Source: a virus. From it: a DNA stretch of 64,000 nt. The position numbers and the translations under genes were made by a program. This document shows, piece by piece, positions 11,271 through 19,560 of the stretch (its first letter is position 1; every line of letters begins with the position of its first letter). The notes under the pieces were generated by a model. It ran no database searches. It had not been told where the DNA came from and saw nothing but the letters and a program-made list of their open reading frames with translations. The DNA lies in IMG/VR virus record IMGVR_UViG_3300026518_000008, positions 1-64,000 of that record; one strand, 5' to 3'.

Positions 11271-11375
11271 TATTTTTATTTATAGATTGTGCGTGGATAC
11301 TATTTACTCTGTATATTGGACTACTTCAGAACCAGAGTATATAGTATGTCTAATGTAATACTCTGTATACTGCTC

Positions 11376-11777
11376 TTAATCTGTCTTGATTCTACCCATT
11401 ATTACAGCTAGTCTACTTGCTCTTTCTGGTGTTTGTCGTGACCATATAGAATCCAGCATTTCTACTCCAGCTTGCTTATAGTCTTTTTGTTCTATTGCTT
11501 TCCACATATTTTTGAACTTAAGTACACCATCTACGCCCATCTGATATGCCATCTCATATAGAACATCTTGTCTGCTTTTGTTGAGTAGTTGGATTGTTGG
11601 TTTTCTGTTAGCTAAATCATTCTTCATTTTATTCAATCTATGAACAAGTAGCATTTCTGCCTCATCTTCATTTATTGGCATTAGTGTACCATACCCAAGA
11701 GTATCTCTACCTAGGCTATCTTTATATACATGGTTTACAAATCCCTCATTCGCCTTTATACTGTCTATTAGTTTCAT
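11376..11777 (-). CDS. endolysin, phage lysozyme (GH24/T4L-like)
   Basis: EGFVNHVYKDSLGRDTLGYG catalytic E-8x-D-5x-T pattern; MAYQMG; W.RQTPERA. Confidence 0.9.
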   Translation of the reverse strand: MKLIDSIKANEGFVNHVYKDSLGRDTLGYGTLMPINEDEAEMLLVHRLNKMKNDLANRKPTIQLLNKSRQDVLYEMAYQMGVDGVLKFKNMWKAIEQKDYKQAGVEMLDSIWSRQTPERASRLAVIMGRIKTD

Positions 11778-12364
11778 TTATCTACCTTATATTTTTTTTG
11801 TATTTTAATATCATAGTCTAATCTTTTTTCTATTGTTTTGAATTTTTCAGAATATGTTCTCATCATTAGTTGATTATCTTTTACTATTTTATTTGTTTCA
11901 TTTGCAGTTACATTCCATGAATTAAATAGAGCCCAGAATATCAGAGATGTTATTCCCCATAGAACTCCCATTCCGCTAAATGCAGATTTTAGTCCGAATG
12001 ATAATCTTGCATCACCTTCCTGTTCCATATGTTGTTTTAGATTTGTTGTTTTTGTATTACATAACAGTGTATGGTCTTCGTGGAATATATTCATCTTACC
12101 ATTTGTTGTATTTATTTTATCATGTAGTTCAGATATATCATTTCTGTGTATATTTGCTATATTTCTCATATCAACTTCTAGTTGGTTGATTTTTTCTTCA
12201 GCTACAGCTAGGCTTGTTAGAGTCTCACTCATAGCAGACATTTGTGCTGCCATGCCACCCATTTTATCTGACATGTTTATAGCGAATCCAGATAGTGTAG
12301 TCTCTAGCTTTATCATTGATTTTTCTATGTCATTTATTTTACTATCGTTTTCACATGAAGTCAT
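11774..12364 (-). CDS. coiled-coil membrane protein in lysis cassette (holin/antiholin candidate)
   Basis: long coiled coil and one TM helix; overlaps endolysin start. Confidence 0.5.
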   Translation of the reverse strand: MTSCENDSKINDIEKSMIKLETTLSGFAINMSDKMGGMAAQMSAMSETLTSLAVAEEKINQLEVDMRNIANIHRNDISELHDKINTTNGKMNIFHEDHTLLCNTKTTNLKQHMEQEGDARLSFGLKSAFSGMGVLWGITSLIFWALFNSWNVTANETNKIVKDNQLMMRTYSEKFKTIEKRLDYDIKIQKKYKVDK

Positions 12365-12412
12365 TGTTTCTTCCCACTATATTTTCTTTATTACTGATAT
12401 TATATCATATTA

Positions 12413-12658
12413 TTATTTAGAATCACTACATCTTGTCATCTCTACTTTATGTTTTTTTAGACATATTATGACTTGACCTAGTTGTTCATCTAGTGTTCCA
12501 TGTAATTTTCCACATATTATTTTATCATACTTACATGGAACTGGAACCATTGTTTCTACAGTTTTTACTACAGGCTCACATATCTCTGGTTCTGGAGTAG
12601 TGCTATTACATCCACTATAGAGTATCAAGATCGAAACCGCTAGTAGCATTTTCAACAT
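12413..12658 (-). CDS. o-spanin (Rz1-like lipoprotein)
   Basis: lipobox ILYSG-C, Pro/Cys-rich, overlaps i-spanin end. Confidence 0.75.
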   Translation of the reverse strand: MLKMLLAVSILILYSGCNSTTPEPEICEPVVKTVETMVPVPCKYDKIICGKLHGTLDEQLGQVIICLKKHKVEMTRCSDSK

Positions 12659-13052
12659 CTATATATCCTTTACATTTTTCTATATTTATATCATTATCTT
12701 TTGTTTCATGTTTTACATTTTTTAAAGTATCATACCATTTTTTATATTTATCTCCATCTGGTTTTGATTTCCATATTTTTACTTCTTTCTCCTTCAGAAC
12801 CAGGGAGGCTGCTTGTTTTTCCATCATTATATTTTGTCTATCTATTGCATTAGTTAGAGTTGATTTATCATTTCTCAGAGATCCAATAGAGATGTCTTTC
12901 TCAGATATTTTTTTAGCTAGTTTACCTATAGTATCATCTCTATATTCTATGTCTTCATGCAGTCCACTTATTTTTATTTGGTACCAAATAGCAAGAGCTA
13001 CCATACCAATGCCTAACCCAGCACTTATATATTTCCATATACCGCCAAACAT
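12615..13052 (-). CDS. i-spanin (Rz-like)
   Basis: N-terminal TM then coiled coil, C-terminal Cys; implies a diderm host. Confidence 0.75.
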   Translation of the reverse strand: MFGGIWKYISAGLGIGMVALAIWYQIKISGLHEDIEYRDDTIGKLAKKISEKDISIGSLRNDKSTLTNAIDRQNIMMEKQAASLVLKEKEVKIWKSKPDGDKYKKWYDTLKNVKHETKDNDINIEKCKGYIDVENATSGFDLDTL

Positions 13053-13252
13053 TATTCTTCAGCTTTCGTTTCAAAGTGGCTTTTTAGTATAAATGTCAAA
13101 GCACCAAATATAGATCCATATATAGCACTTGTAGCTATCTCGCCTATACCTTTAATCGCATTAGCATATCCTGGTTGAACTATTTGATATGCTAAATACA
13201 TGAAGAACCCGAGGACTATATATCTAGTACCCATTTTTATATTGTATCTCAT
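13052..13252 (-). CDS. probable holin
   Basis: 66 aa from MRYNIK, two TM helices, charged C-terminus, in lysis cassette. Confidence 0.55.
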   Translation of the reverse strand: MRYNIKMGTRYIVLGFFMYLAYQIVQPGYANAIKGIGEIATSAIYGSIFGALTFILKSHFETKAEE

Positions 13253-13254
13253 AT

Positions 13255-13623
13255 CTAATCCTCTTCCCATCTTGCACATACTCTAGTTGCATGGCATATG
13301 AAGTCATATTGATCACACCATACTCTCATTCCACCATCTTTGTCATATTTATTGTATGGAACATGCTCCATCGCTTCTAACCATTCTGGGCTTACTCTAC
13401 CATACTCACAGTTTGCACAGCTTCGTCTTCTTGCCTCTTTAGTATCTATTCTCCATACACCAGCTATTTTCTTCCAATATATGTTATTGCCTTGATTGTT
13501 ATCTATACCAACTATTGGACCTAGATTCCAATCTTTAACAAGCCACTTCATTATTTTGATGTTGTCTTTTGCTGTTAGCTCTTTTGCTTCTTTTAAATCA
13601 TTGTCTTCAGTTTCGTAACTCAT
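13255..13623 (-). CDS. hypothetical Cys-motif protein
   Basis: 122 aa; CANC and C-x5-C-x5-C. Confidence 0.65.
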   Translation of the reverse strand: MSYETEDNDLKEAKELTAKDNIKIMKWLVKDWNLGPIVGIDNNQGNNIYWKKIAGVWRIDTKEARRRSCANCEYGRVSPEWLEAMEHVPYNKYDKDGGMRVWCDQYDFICHATRVCARWEED

Positions 13624-13682
13624 GTTATGCTCCGTATTTTATTTTATTATACAGCTTTACTGCTATAGTCATTGTTCTTGTT

Positions 13683-13691
13683 ATTATACCA
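13683..13691 (-). promoter_or_regulatory. sigma70 extended -10 (TGGTATAAT) upstream of lysis cassette
   Basis: exact TGnTATAAT in intergenic region. Confidence 0.55.
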
Positions 13692-13851
13692 TTTTCTATC
13701 TTCAGAAATATCTCTTTAAAATATTTATCAGCTTTTCAATATTCTTATCTATTGTATAGCTTGATACACCTATAGGTATATTGCTATAAATTTACTACAA
13801 GATGTCGGATTTAAAAGTTGATATTCTGTCATTTTAGTAACCTAATTAAAT

Positions 13852-14331
13852 TTACCATGATATAACATCCAATTCAGCTTGAGTTGTAGCTAAACTAATT
13901 TTAGTTTTAAGTCCTTGGTACTTAACCCAGTTAAATTGACCTCTTGTTACAAGAGCCTGCGACAGCCCTTGAAACTCTGAAAATGTCATAGCTACATCTA
14001 CATTTAGTTTATCTCTCCAAGTAAAACCACTTGGTACTGCTCCACCTACTAAGATTCCTGTGATTAAATCTTGACTCTTTTTATCAGATTGAAATGTAGT
14101 TGACATATAATCTATGTCTAATTCATTAGCATTATTGTAAGCTACTTCCATTTCTGATAGCTTTTTATTTTGTAACTGTTCAAATGTTGGAGCTATAATA
14201 TCCTCATAATCTGATTGAGTTATCTTTGCTAAAGTAGTATTGTGTGTAACTTCTACTTTAGTTATTATTTCATCTGTCACATTATCTTCAAATACGAATG
14301 GTTTACCGTTTGTGTCTTTATAGTATATCAT
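13852..14331 (-). CDS. DUF4376-like tail fibre accessory protein
   Basis: FQSDKKSQ...FTWRDKLN..V.MT; ends ELDVISW; follows tail fibre. Confidence 0.75.
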   Translation of the reverse strand: MIYYKDTNGKPFVFEDNVTDEIITKVEVTHNTTLAKITQSDYEDIIAPTFEQLQNKKLSEMEVAYNNANELDIDYMSTTFQSDKKSQDLITGILVGGAVPSGFTWRDKLNVDVAMTFSEFQGLSQALVTRGQFNWVKYQGLKTKISLATTQAELDVISW

Positions 14332-14344
14332 CTAATCATTTCCT

Positions 14345-16903
14345 TTATTTTAATTCATACCATTTAATAGCACTATCTATTCCAGATACACTATATGTAG
14401 AACCAGAAGTTATAGTTATTTGAATTCCTCCTACTTGTGCTACAGCATCATTTGAATTCTGTCTAGCTATTCTAACACCATCTATATGTACATAACAGTC
14501 AGTTGCAGTAGACCCAGCCCAATATCCATAAATACTTAGCATAATAGGCTTCCCATTCGTGTTGGTATAAGTGGTTCCAATTGCTCTATTAGCCGTCTCA
14601 TCTATCCACTTCTGACCTAAGTCAAAACCATCTGTAACAATTAACTCTTTAGCATATAACTTCTGTACATCTAATGTAGTCATAACATTCTCAACTAACT
14701 CTTGATTGTAGTCAATAGTCTGTGGAGTTTCTGATGTAATCATTATAGGATGTTTAATAAATGATATAGGTGTTTCTGGTATAGCACTTAGTGTAGGTTC
14801 TATTTTAAATATCGATATAGAATCAACGCTATAAGTTGTACCAGCTGTATTATTGTTGTATCCATTAACATAAACTGTACCAGTTATCGGTGCTATAAAT
14901 TTAGCTGAATAACTACCGTTCAAGTTACTACCAGCATTATAAATTATATCATATGATGTCGGTGTTGTACCAATTGTCAATCTTGCACCTACAGATGTAC
15001 CAAGTATCATTGTATATTCATATATATATTCTTGTCCAGCTTCAACTTGAATAGTTCTATTGTAATCAAAATTAGTAGAACTTCCAGTGACATTTAATGT
15101 ATTGTTTAATAATGCTATACTACCACCACTTGTTGGTGTCCATAAATCTACATCAGCTTGAGTATCAAAGTTACCACCACTAAGTAACTCTACACCAGTA
15201 TCTCTATACCACTCACCATCTACTTGTACTAGTCTATTATCATCAGCACTTTGTTTATCATACATTCCATAGCTAGGTTTCTTTGACTCTAATATTAATC
15301 CATTTGTAAGACTTATAGGTAGTGTTGTATCTACTGTATCTTTAAGCCCTATCCATTGTAGTCCATCATTAGCACCATAGAAATCTACACCTTTACCATT
15401 GGCATTGAGTGATGTTATGGACTTACTGCTTAACTTATACCCTCTATCATCCATACCATCTGTCCAGTTGAATCTACCATCTGTTATAGTTAGATTTGTA
15501 TCATCTGTAGGATAGTCGAAATATGAGCCATCAGGTGTACCAGTATCTTTAGTATCGAATTCTACTAGGTATAGGTACTCTACTCCAAGAGCATTATAGA
15601 ATCCAGAATTTAAGTCAGGTGCAAACCCATTAATACTAATACTAACTGTATTAGAAGTGTCAATAATCTCCGCATCGGAAATGTCAAGTTTAGTAAATGC
15701 ACCATCACCTCTTGTGGTGTCTTGCACACACCAGCTACCTACAACATCTATACTCTTAATTATAACTCTACTTGGCTTTCTAGCTACTCCATTAACATCT
15801 TTAGTCTCTATGAAGTTACCACTAGCACCAGTACCAATATATGTACCAGTAGTGAATGTTTCTGATTTAGCTTTGTAGTATAAGATGTATTCTGAGTCTA
15901 ATGTACCAACACCAGCAAGACCATCTATAACAGTATGTTCTTTAGTGTTCTCCCATATTACATATTCATTATTGAGTGCATGTACTTCTGTGTTAATTTG
16001 CATGTACTGCCCATTATTAGTGCCTTTGTTGTTACTTCTCCAATCAACTACTGATGTTAAGTTTTTTATGTCTCTGACTTCAATCTCTACACCAATACTA
16101 TGACTAATCTCATGTCCAGCATTACCTGAACCAATATAATAAATCATACCCTCTTTAGTTACTGGGTTATATGCTTCTAGTTGAAACTTACCTTGGCTAG
16201 TCATTCCCCATTTGATATGTGTGTATAGAGTTTGGTATAGAATGAAACTATCTGCATTACTATTTACTGTTGTGTCATTATCATAAACAACAGTAACACC
16301 ATCAATGTTAAAAGAGCTTACTTTATCAGGGTTACTATCTTCAGCAGCCGTCATATCAGTAAATATTCTTTTATTTACACCCCTAATACCATCTACAATA
16401 CTATTACTATCAGCTGTTGTCCTACTCTTTATATGTACCTTACTGACACCCTTATTGGTACCCCAATCACAAGTTCCACTAGCTACAACATTACCAGCAT
16501 CATCTTTAACTTGATTAACTGTTCTATCTAACCAGTATCCACTACCATTACCAGCTACTGTAAAGTCTACAGAGTTAATACCAGTAATAATACTCTGCGT
16601 AGCTCCATTACCAGTGTAAGTTACTACAGCGAAATTCTTAGTTAGTAGTGTATTATCTATTGTTACTGCACTTGTATTGATAAGTGCTGAGCTAGCCACT
16701 TTGCTTATTCCTGCTCTCCTCCACTGGTTCTTAGTTACTACATCACTGTCAGCAACTGCATCAGCAGCTTGGAACGCTGCTACTGGATTACCATTCTCAG
16801 CAGCGGCTACTATCTCTTTGTTAGCTCCAGTACTATTACTTGGTGGTGCTATCCTTGTTATATATCCTGCATCGTCTACTAATGCTATTTTACCTGTTGC
16901 CAT
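14345..16903 (-). CDS. tail fibre / receptor-binding protein
   Basis: 852 aa; repeated YTGNG/YIGSG/YIGTG modules, carbohydrate-binding-like domain, C-terminal GQKW.DETANRAIGTTYTNTNGKPI. Confidence 0.8.
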   Translation of the reverse strand: MATGKIALVDDAGYITRIAPPSNSTGANKEIVAAAENGNPVAAFQAADAVADSDVVTKNQWRRAGISKVASSALINTSAVTIDNTLLTKNFAVVTYTGNGATQSIITGINSVDFTVAGNGSGYWLDRTVNQVKDDAGNVVASGTCDWGTNKGVSKVHIKSRTTADSNSIVDGIRGVNKRIFTDMTAAEDSNPDKVSSFNIDGVTVVYDNDTTVNSNADSFILYQTLYTHIKWGMTSQGKFQLEAYNPVTKEGMIYYIGSGNAGHEISHSIGVEIEVRDIKNLTSVVDWRSNNKGTNNGQYMQINTEVHALNNEYVIWENTKEHTVIDGLAGVGTLDSEYILYYKAKSETFTTGTYIGTGASGNFIETKDVNGVARKPSRVIIKSIDVVGSWCVQDTTRGDGAFTKLDISDAEIIDTSNTVSISINGFAPDLNSGFYNALGVEYLYLVEFDTKDTGTPDGSYFDYPTDDTNLTITDGRFNWTDGMDDRGYKLSSKSITSLNANGKGVDFYGANDGLQWIGLKDTVDTTLPISLTNGLILESKKPSYGMYDKQSADDNRLVQVDGEWYRDTGVELLSGGNFDTQADVDLWTPTSGGSIALLNNTLNVTGSSTNFDYNRTIQVEAGQEYIYEYTMILGTSVGARLTIGTTPTSYDIIYNAGSNLNGSYSAKFIAPITGTVYVNGYNNNTAGTTYSVDSISIFKIEPTLSAIPETPISFIKHPIMITSETPQTIDYNQELVENVMTTLDVQKLYAKELIVTDGFDLGQKWIDETANRAIGTTYTNTNGKPIMLSIYGYWAGSTATDCYVHIDGVRIARQNSNDAVAQVGGIQITITSGSTYSVSGIDSAIKWYELK

Positions 16904-17351
16904 ATTTTATCCTCTTATTATATATTGGTAGTTCAGCTATTACTTCATCAACTGTAGGCATTACTCTCACACCAGCTTGCACATCAGCTTCAATTTGTCC
17001 AGTAACTAACCAGCAAGAACTAGCCCAAGCACCAAGTGCTTCAGCTTCAGCCTGAAAATCATTTACATAACCAACATACTTACCAATAGCATTTATATTG
17101 TCATATCTAAGACTTTGAGCTTTAGTATCTAAATGGTTTTGAATACCATCATTAATATATCTTTGTTGTTTAGCTAACACCTCCTCATCATATATTTTCT
17201 GCTGTTCCAACAAAGCCGCATCAACATCACTCTGACTAACTGGTAAAAGCCCTACATGATACACATAAGTATCTCCACTCATTACAACTTGTTTTCCAAG
17301 TTGCGATGTTAAAATATCCACTAATGGCGTAACTGTAATTTCATTTTGCAT
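16890..17351 (-). CDS. tail fibre assembly/accessory protein
   Basis: IQNHLDTKAQSLRYDNI...FQAEA.AL.AW...PTVDEVIAELP. Confidence 0.7.
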   Translation of the reverse strand: MQNEITVTPLVDILTSQLGKQVVMSGDTYVYHVGLLPVSQSDVDAALLEQQKIYDEEVLAKQQRYINDGIQNHLDTKAQSLRYDNINAIGKYVGYVNDFQAEAEALGAWASSCWLVTGQIEADVQAGVRVMPTVDEVIAELPIYNKRIKYGNR

Positions 17352-17367
17352 AATTGCTCCTCTTGAT

Positions 17368-18102
17368 TTATGAATTTAACCCATGATTTGGGTGAAAGCC
17401 TAATTCCTTATAGGCACTATTTCTAACACTTACTGCTTTTTCAAAATCTTTATATCTGCCAAAGAAAATGTTTTTACCGTTTGATTTGATCTGCACCTTA
17501 AAACTTTCTCTTTTTTTATCAAAATATATTCCACTTACACCTGTTTTATTATTTTTACTAAGTGTTTTATTTTTTGAATTTTCTGCATAGGCAATATTCC
17601 TAAGATTTTTTATTCTATTGTCTGCTCTATTGTGATTTATGTGGTCTATTTGTTCAGGCATTACACCATAAACATACAGCCATGCAATTCTGTGAGCTAA
17701 GTATATCTTCCAGTTTATATAAATTCTTATATATCCGTGTTCTGATTTTGAGCCTTGTTTAATACCATCTTTACTAAAAACACCTGTTTTTTTATCGTAA
17801 TATAAAAATTCTTTTAACTTTTTCTGTGTCATTTTTGTATCCTTAGTTATCCAACTATGCAAAATTTTTCCAACCTCTGCTAGTTTTATACTTGCTAAGT
17901 TACTATCAGCCTCATAGAGTTTAGATTTTTGACCTGATTTTAAAGCCTTGTAAAACAGCTCCACTTGTTCAAAGATTATGAGTAAAATTCGCTCTTTAAC
18001 TACACCATGTTTTCGAGGTATATTTTGCAATACTGGATAAGTATAGTTTACAAATTCTTCATATTTTTCAATGATAATCAAGTTTTTAGGAGTCTGTTTC
18101 AT
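17368..18102 (-). CDS. avd: Avd (DGR accessory) remnant fused in frame to HNH/AP2 homing endonuclease
   Basis: aa 1-90 IPRKHGV, QVELF, SKLYEAD, AEVGKILHSWI match BPP-1 Avd; from Met91 (17832, own AAGGA RBS) LAHRIAW...IDHINHNRADNRIKNLR...NNKTGVSGI. Confidence 0.85.
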   Translation of the reverse strand: MKQTPKNLIIIEKYEEFVNYTYPVLQNIPRKHGVVKERILLIIFEQVELFYKALKSGQKSKLYEADSNLASIKLAEVGKILHSWITKDTKMTQKKLKEFLYYDKKTGVFSKDGIKQGSKSEHGYIRIYINWKIYLAHRIAWLYVYGVMPEQIDHINHNRADNRIKNLRNIAYAENSKNKTLSKNNKTGVSGIYFDKKRESFKVQIKSNGKNIFFGRYKDFEKAVSVRNSAYKELGFHPNHGLNS

Positions 18103-18119
18103 CGTTCGTTTTCACTCAC

Positions 18120-19550
18120 TTATACAAGTTCCAAGTGGTCACAAGCGAAACGAGAACCAACGCTCCAGCTCGAGTTCCAAACATAACTGCCCCAATGCGA
18201 GGCACGAGAACCGGCATTGACACCATCGGCACGACTCGCACCCAGAAGCACCGCTGTTACATGGTTGTTGTGAAGTGCATAAATATCTCCACGATTATCA
18301 GTTAATCCAGTTCTCCAAGCCCAAGCAGTAGAACCCTCATCACGATTACCGCCAACATCAGCACTCCAAAGCCATTGAGTACCAGAGGCTTGTTCGATAC
18401 CCCATTTTGAAGTTAGGTTTGAGTAGTGTTCTACTTTTCCTACATTGACTTCATACCCATCTGTGCTAGATGATTTTTGCTCAGTAACTCCATAAGCAAT
18501 AGTAAGAAATTCCGAATAAGAGATAAGTTCTTTTGAGTGAGATTTAGCAATTTCACAAGCTTGGAACCAAGTAAATTTACCGTAGTTTGTAGCTCCATCG
18601 CCGCCAAACTCTAAAGGTATTTTAGGAATTGCACGATAAGATGTAGTATCTGCAACACCACCAGCGATAACAGCACCAGCCTTTGAACTTCCATTTGTGA
18701 TATGTTCGCTATTTAAAAGATAAATATCATACCAACGACCATTTACAAAAACCATACCTTCAGGATTTGCAACTGGTCTAAACTTTAAGTCCCAAAAACT
18801 GTACTGATTGATACCACGAATAGCAACCATATCAGCTTCAGTTTTATTACCAGTCAAAGCTTCAGTTTCAGGAATTAACCCATAATGAAAACCACCAATA
18901 AGCCTATCAGCTGTTATCGTTTTATCTGCACTAATGTAAAAAGTGCTATCTGCTTTTGCATAAACATAATAATCAGTACCAGCTGTTTTAGTTCCAGCGT
19001 CTAAATTGGTATTTAGACTAACAGTAGTTGTCGATGTTGCTTCTACTAATTCAGTACCAACTGCTACTTTAAATCCTATTGGAATAGTTAAGTCAGCTGG
19101 AGATGTCTTTGTAAACAATACACTTGATAAAGGTTTAGTGAAACTTTTCGTAACAATAGACAACTGTCCTCTATTAACAACATCGTAACTAGCTACACCA
19201 TCAGCTGCTTTAAATACTTTAGTTGCATCACCTCCTAGTATCTTACCATCTACAGGTATTACAACTGTCCCATCAATATTTTGTATAGTGTCAGTAACCA
19301 TCTTGGTTTGGCTTATCTGACCACCACTTATTACACCTAATACAGCACCAGTATCTACTATTACCTCAGAACCAGAGGCTACTGTCAGCTCATTCACAAC
19401 AACTTGTCTACCAGCTGGTATCGTTATCGTTTCATTACCATCTACCACTGTAGGCAGAGTAACTATACCATTAGTTGACTTTGGGTCAGCTATGAACTTA
19501 TCTATCTTAGCAGCTTGTGCTGACGCATGACTATACGATATTGCATCCAT
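18120..19550 (-). CDS. mtd: Mtd-like receptor-binding protein (DGR target, C-type lectin fold)
   Basis: LIGGFHYG, NPEGMV, TSKWGIEQASG, C-terminus AVLLGA...GSRAS.W.....GSRFACDHL like Bordetella phage Mtd. Confidence 0.85.
   Translation of the reverse strand: MDAISYSHASAQAAKIDKFIADPKSTNGIVTLPTVVDGNETITIPAGRQVVVNELTVASGSEVIVDTGAVLGVISGGQISQTKMVTDTIQNIDGTVVIPVDGKILGGDATKVFKAADGVASYDVVNRGQLSIVTKSFTKPLSSVLFTKTSPADLTIPIGFKVAVGTELVEATSTTTVSLNTNLDAGTKTAGTDYYVYAKADSTFYISADKTITADRLIGGFHYGLIPETEALTGNKTEADMVAIRGINQYSFWDLKFRPVANPEGMVFVNGRWYDIYLLNSEHITNGSSKAGAVIAGGVADTTSYRAIPKIPLEFGGDGATNYGKFTWFQACEIAKSHSKELISYSEFLTIAYGVTEQKSSSTDGYEVNVGKVEHYSNLTSKWGIEQASGTQWLWSADVGGNRDEGSTAWAWRTGLTDNRGDIYALHNNHVTAVLLGASRADGVNAGSRASHWGSYVWNSSWSVGSRFACDHLELV
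18123..18254 (-). other. DGR variable region (VR)
   Basis: 41 consecutive codons (GCG...TTG) with no third-position A; GC-rich island; variable sites are NNY codons. Confidence 0.8.
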
Positions 19551-19560
19551 TTATATTCCT

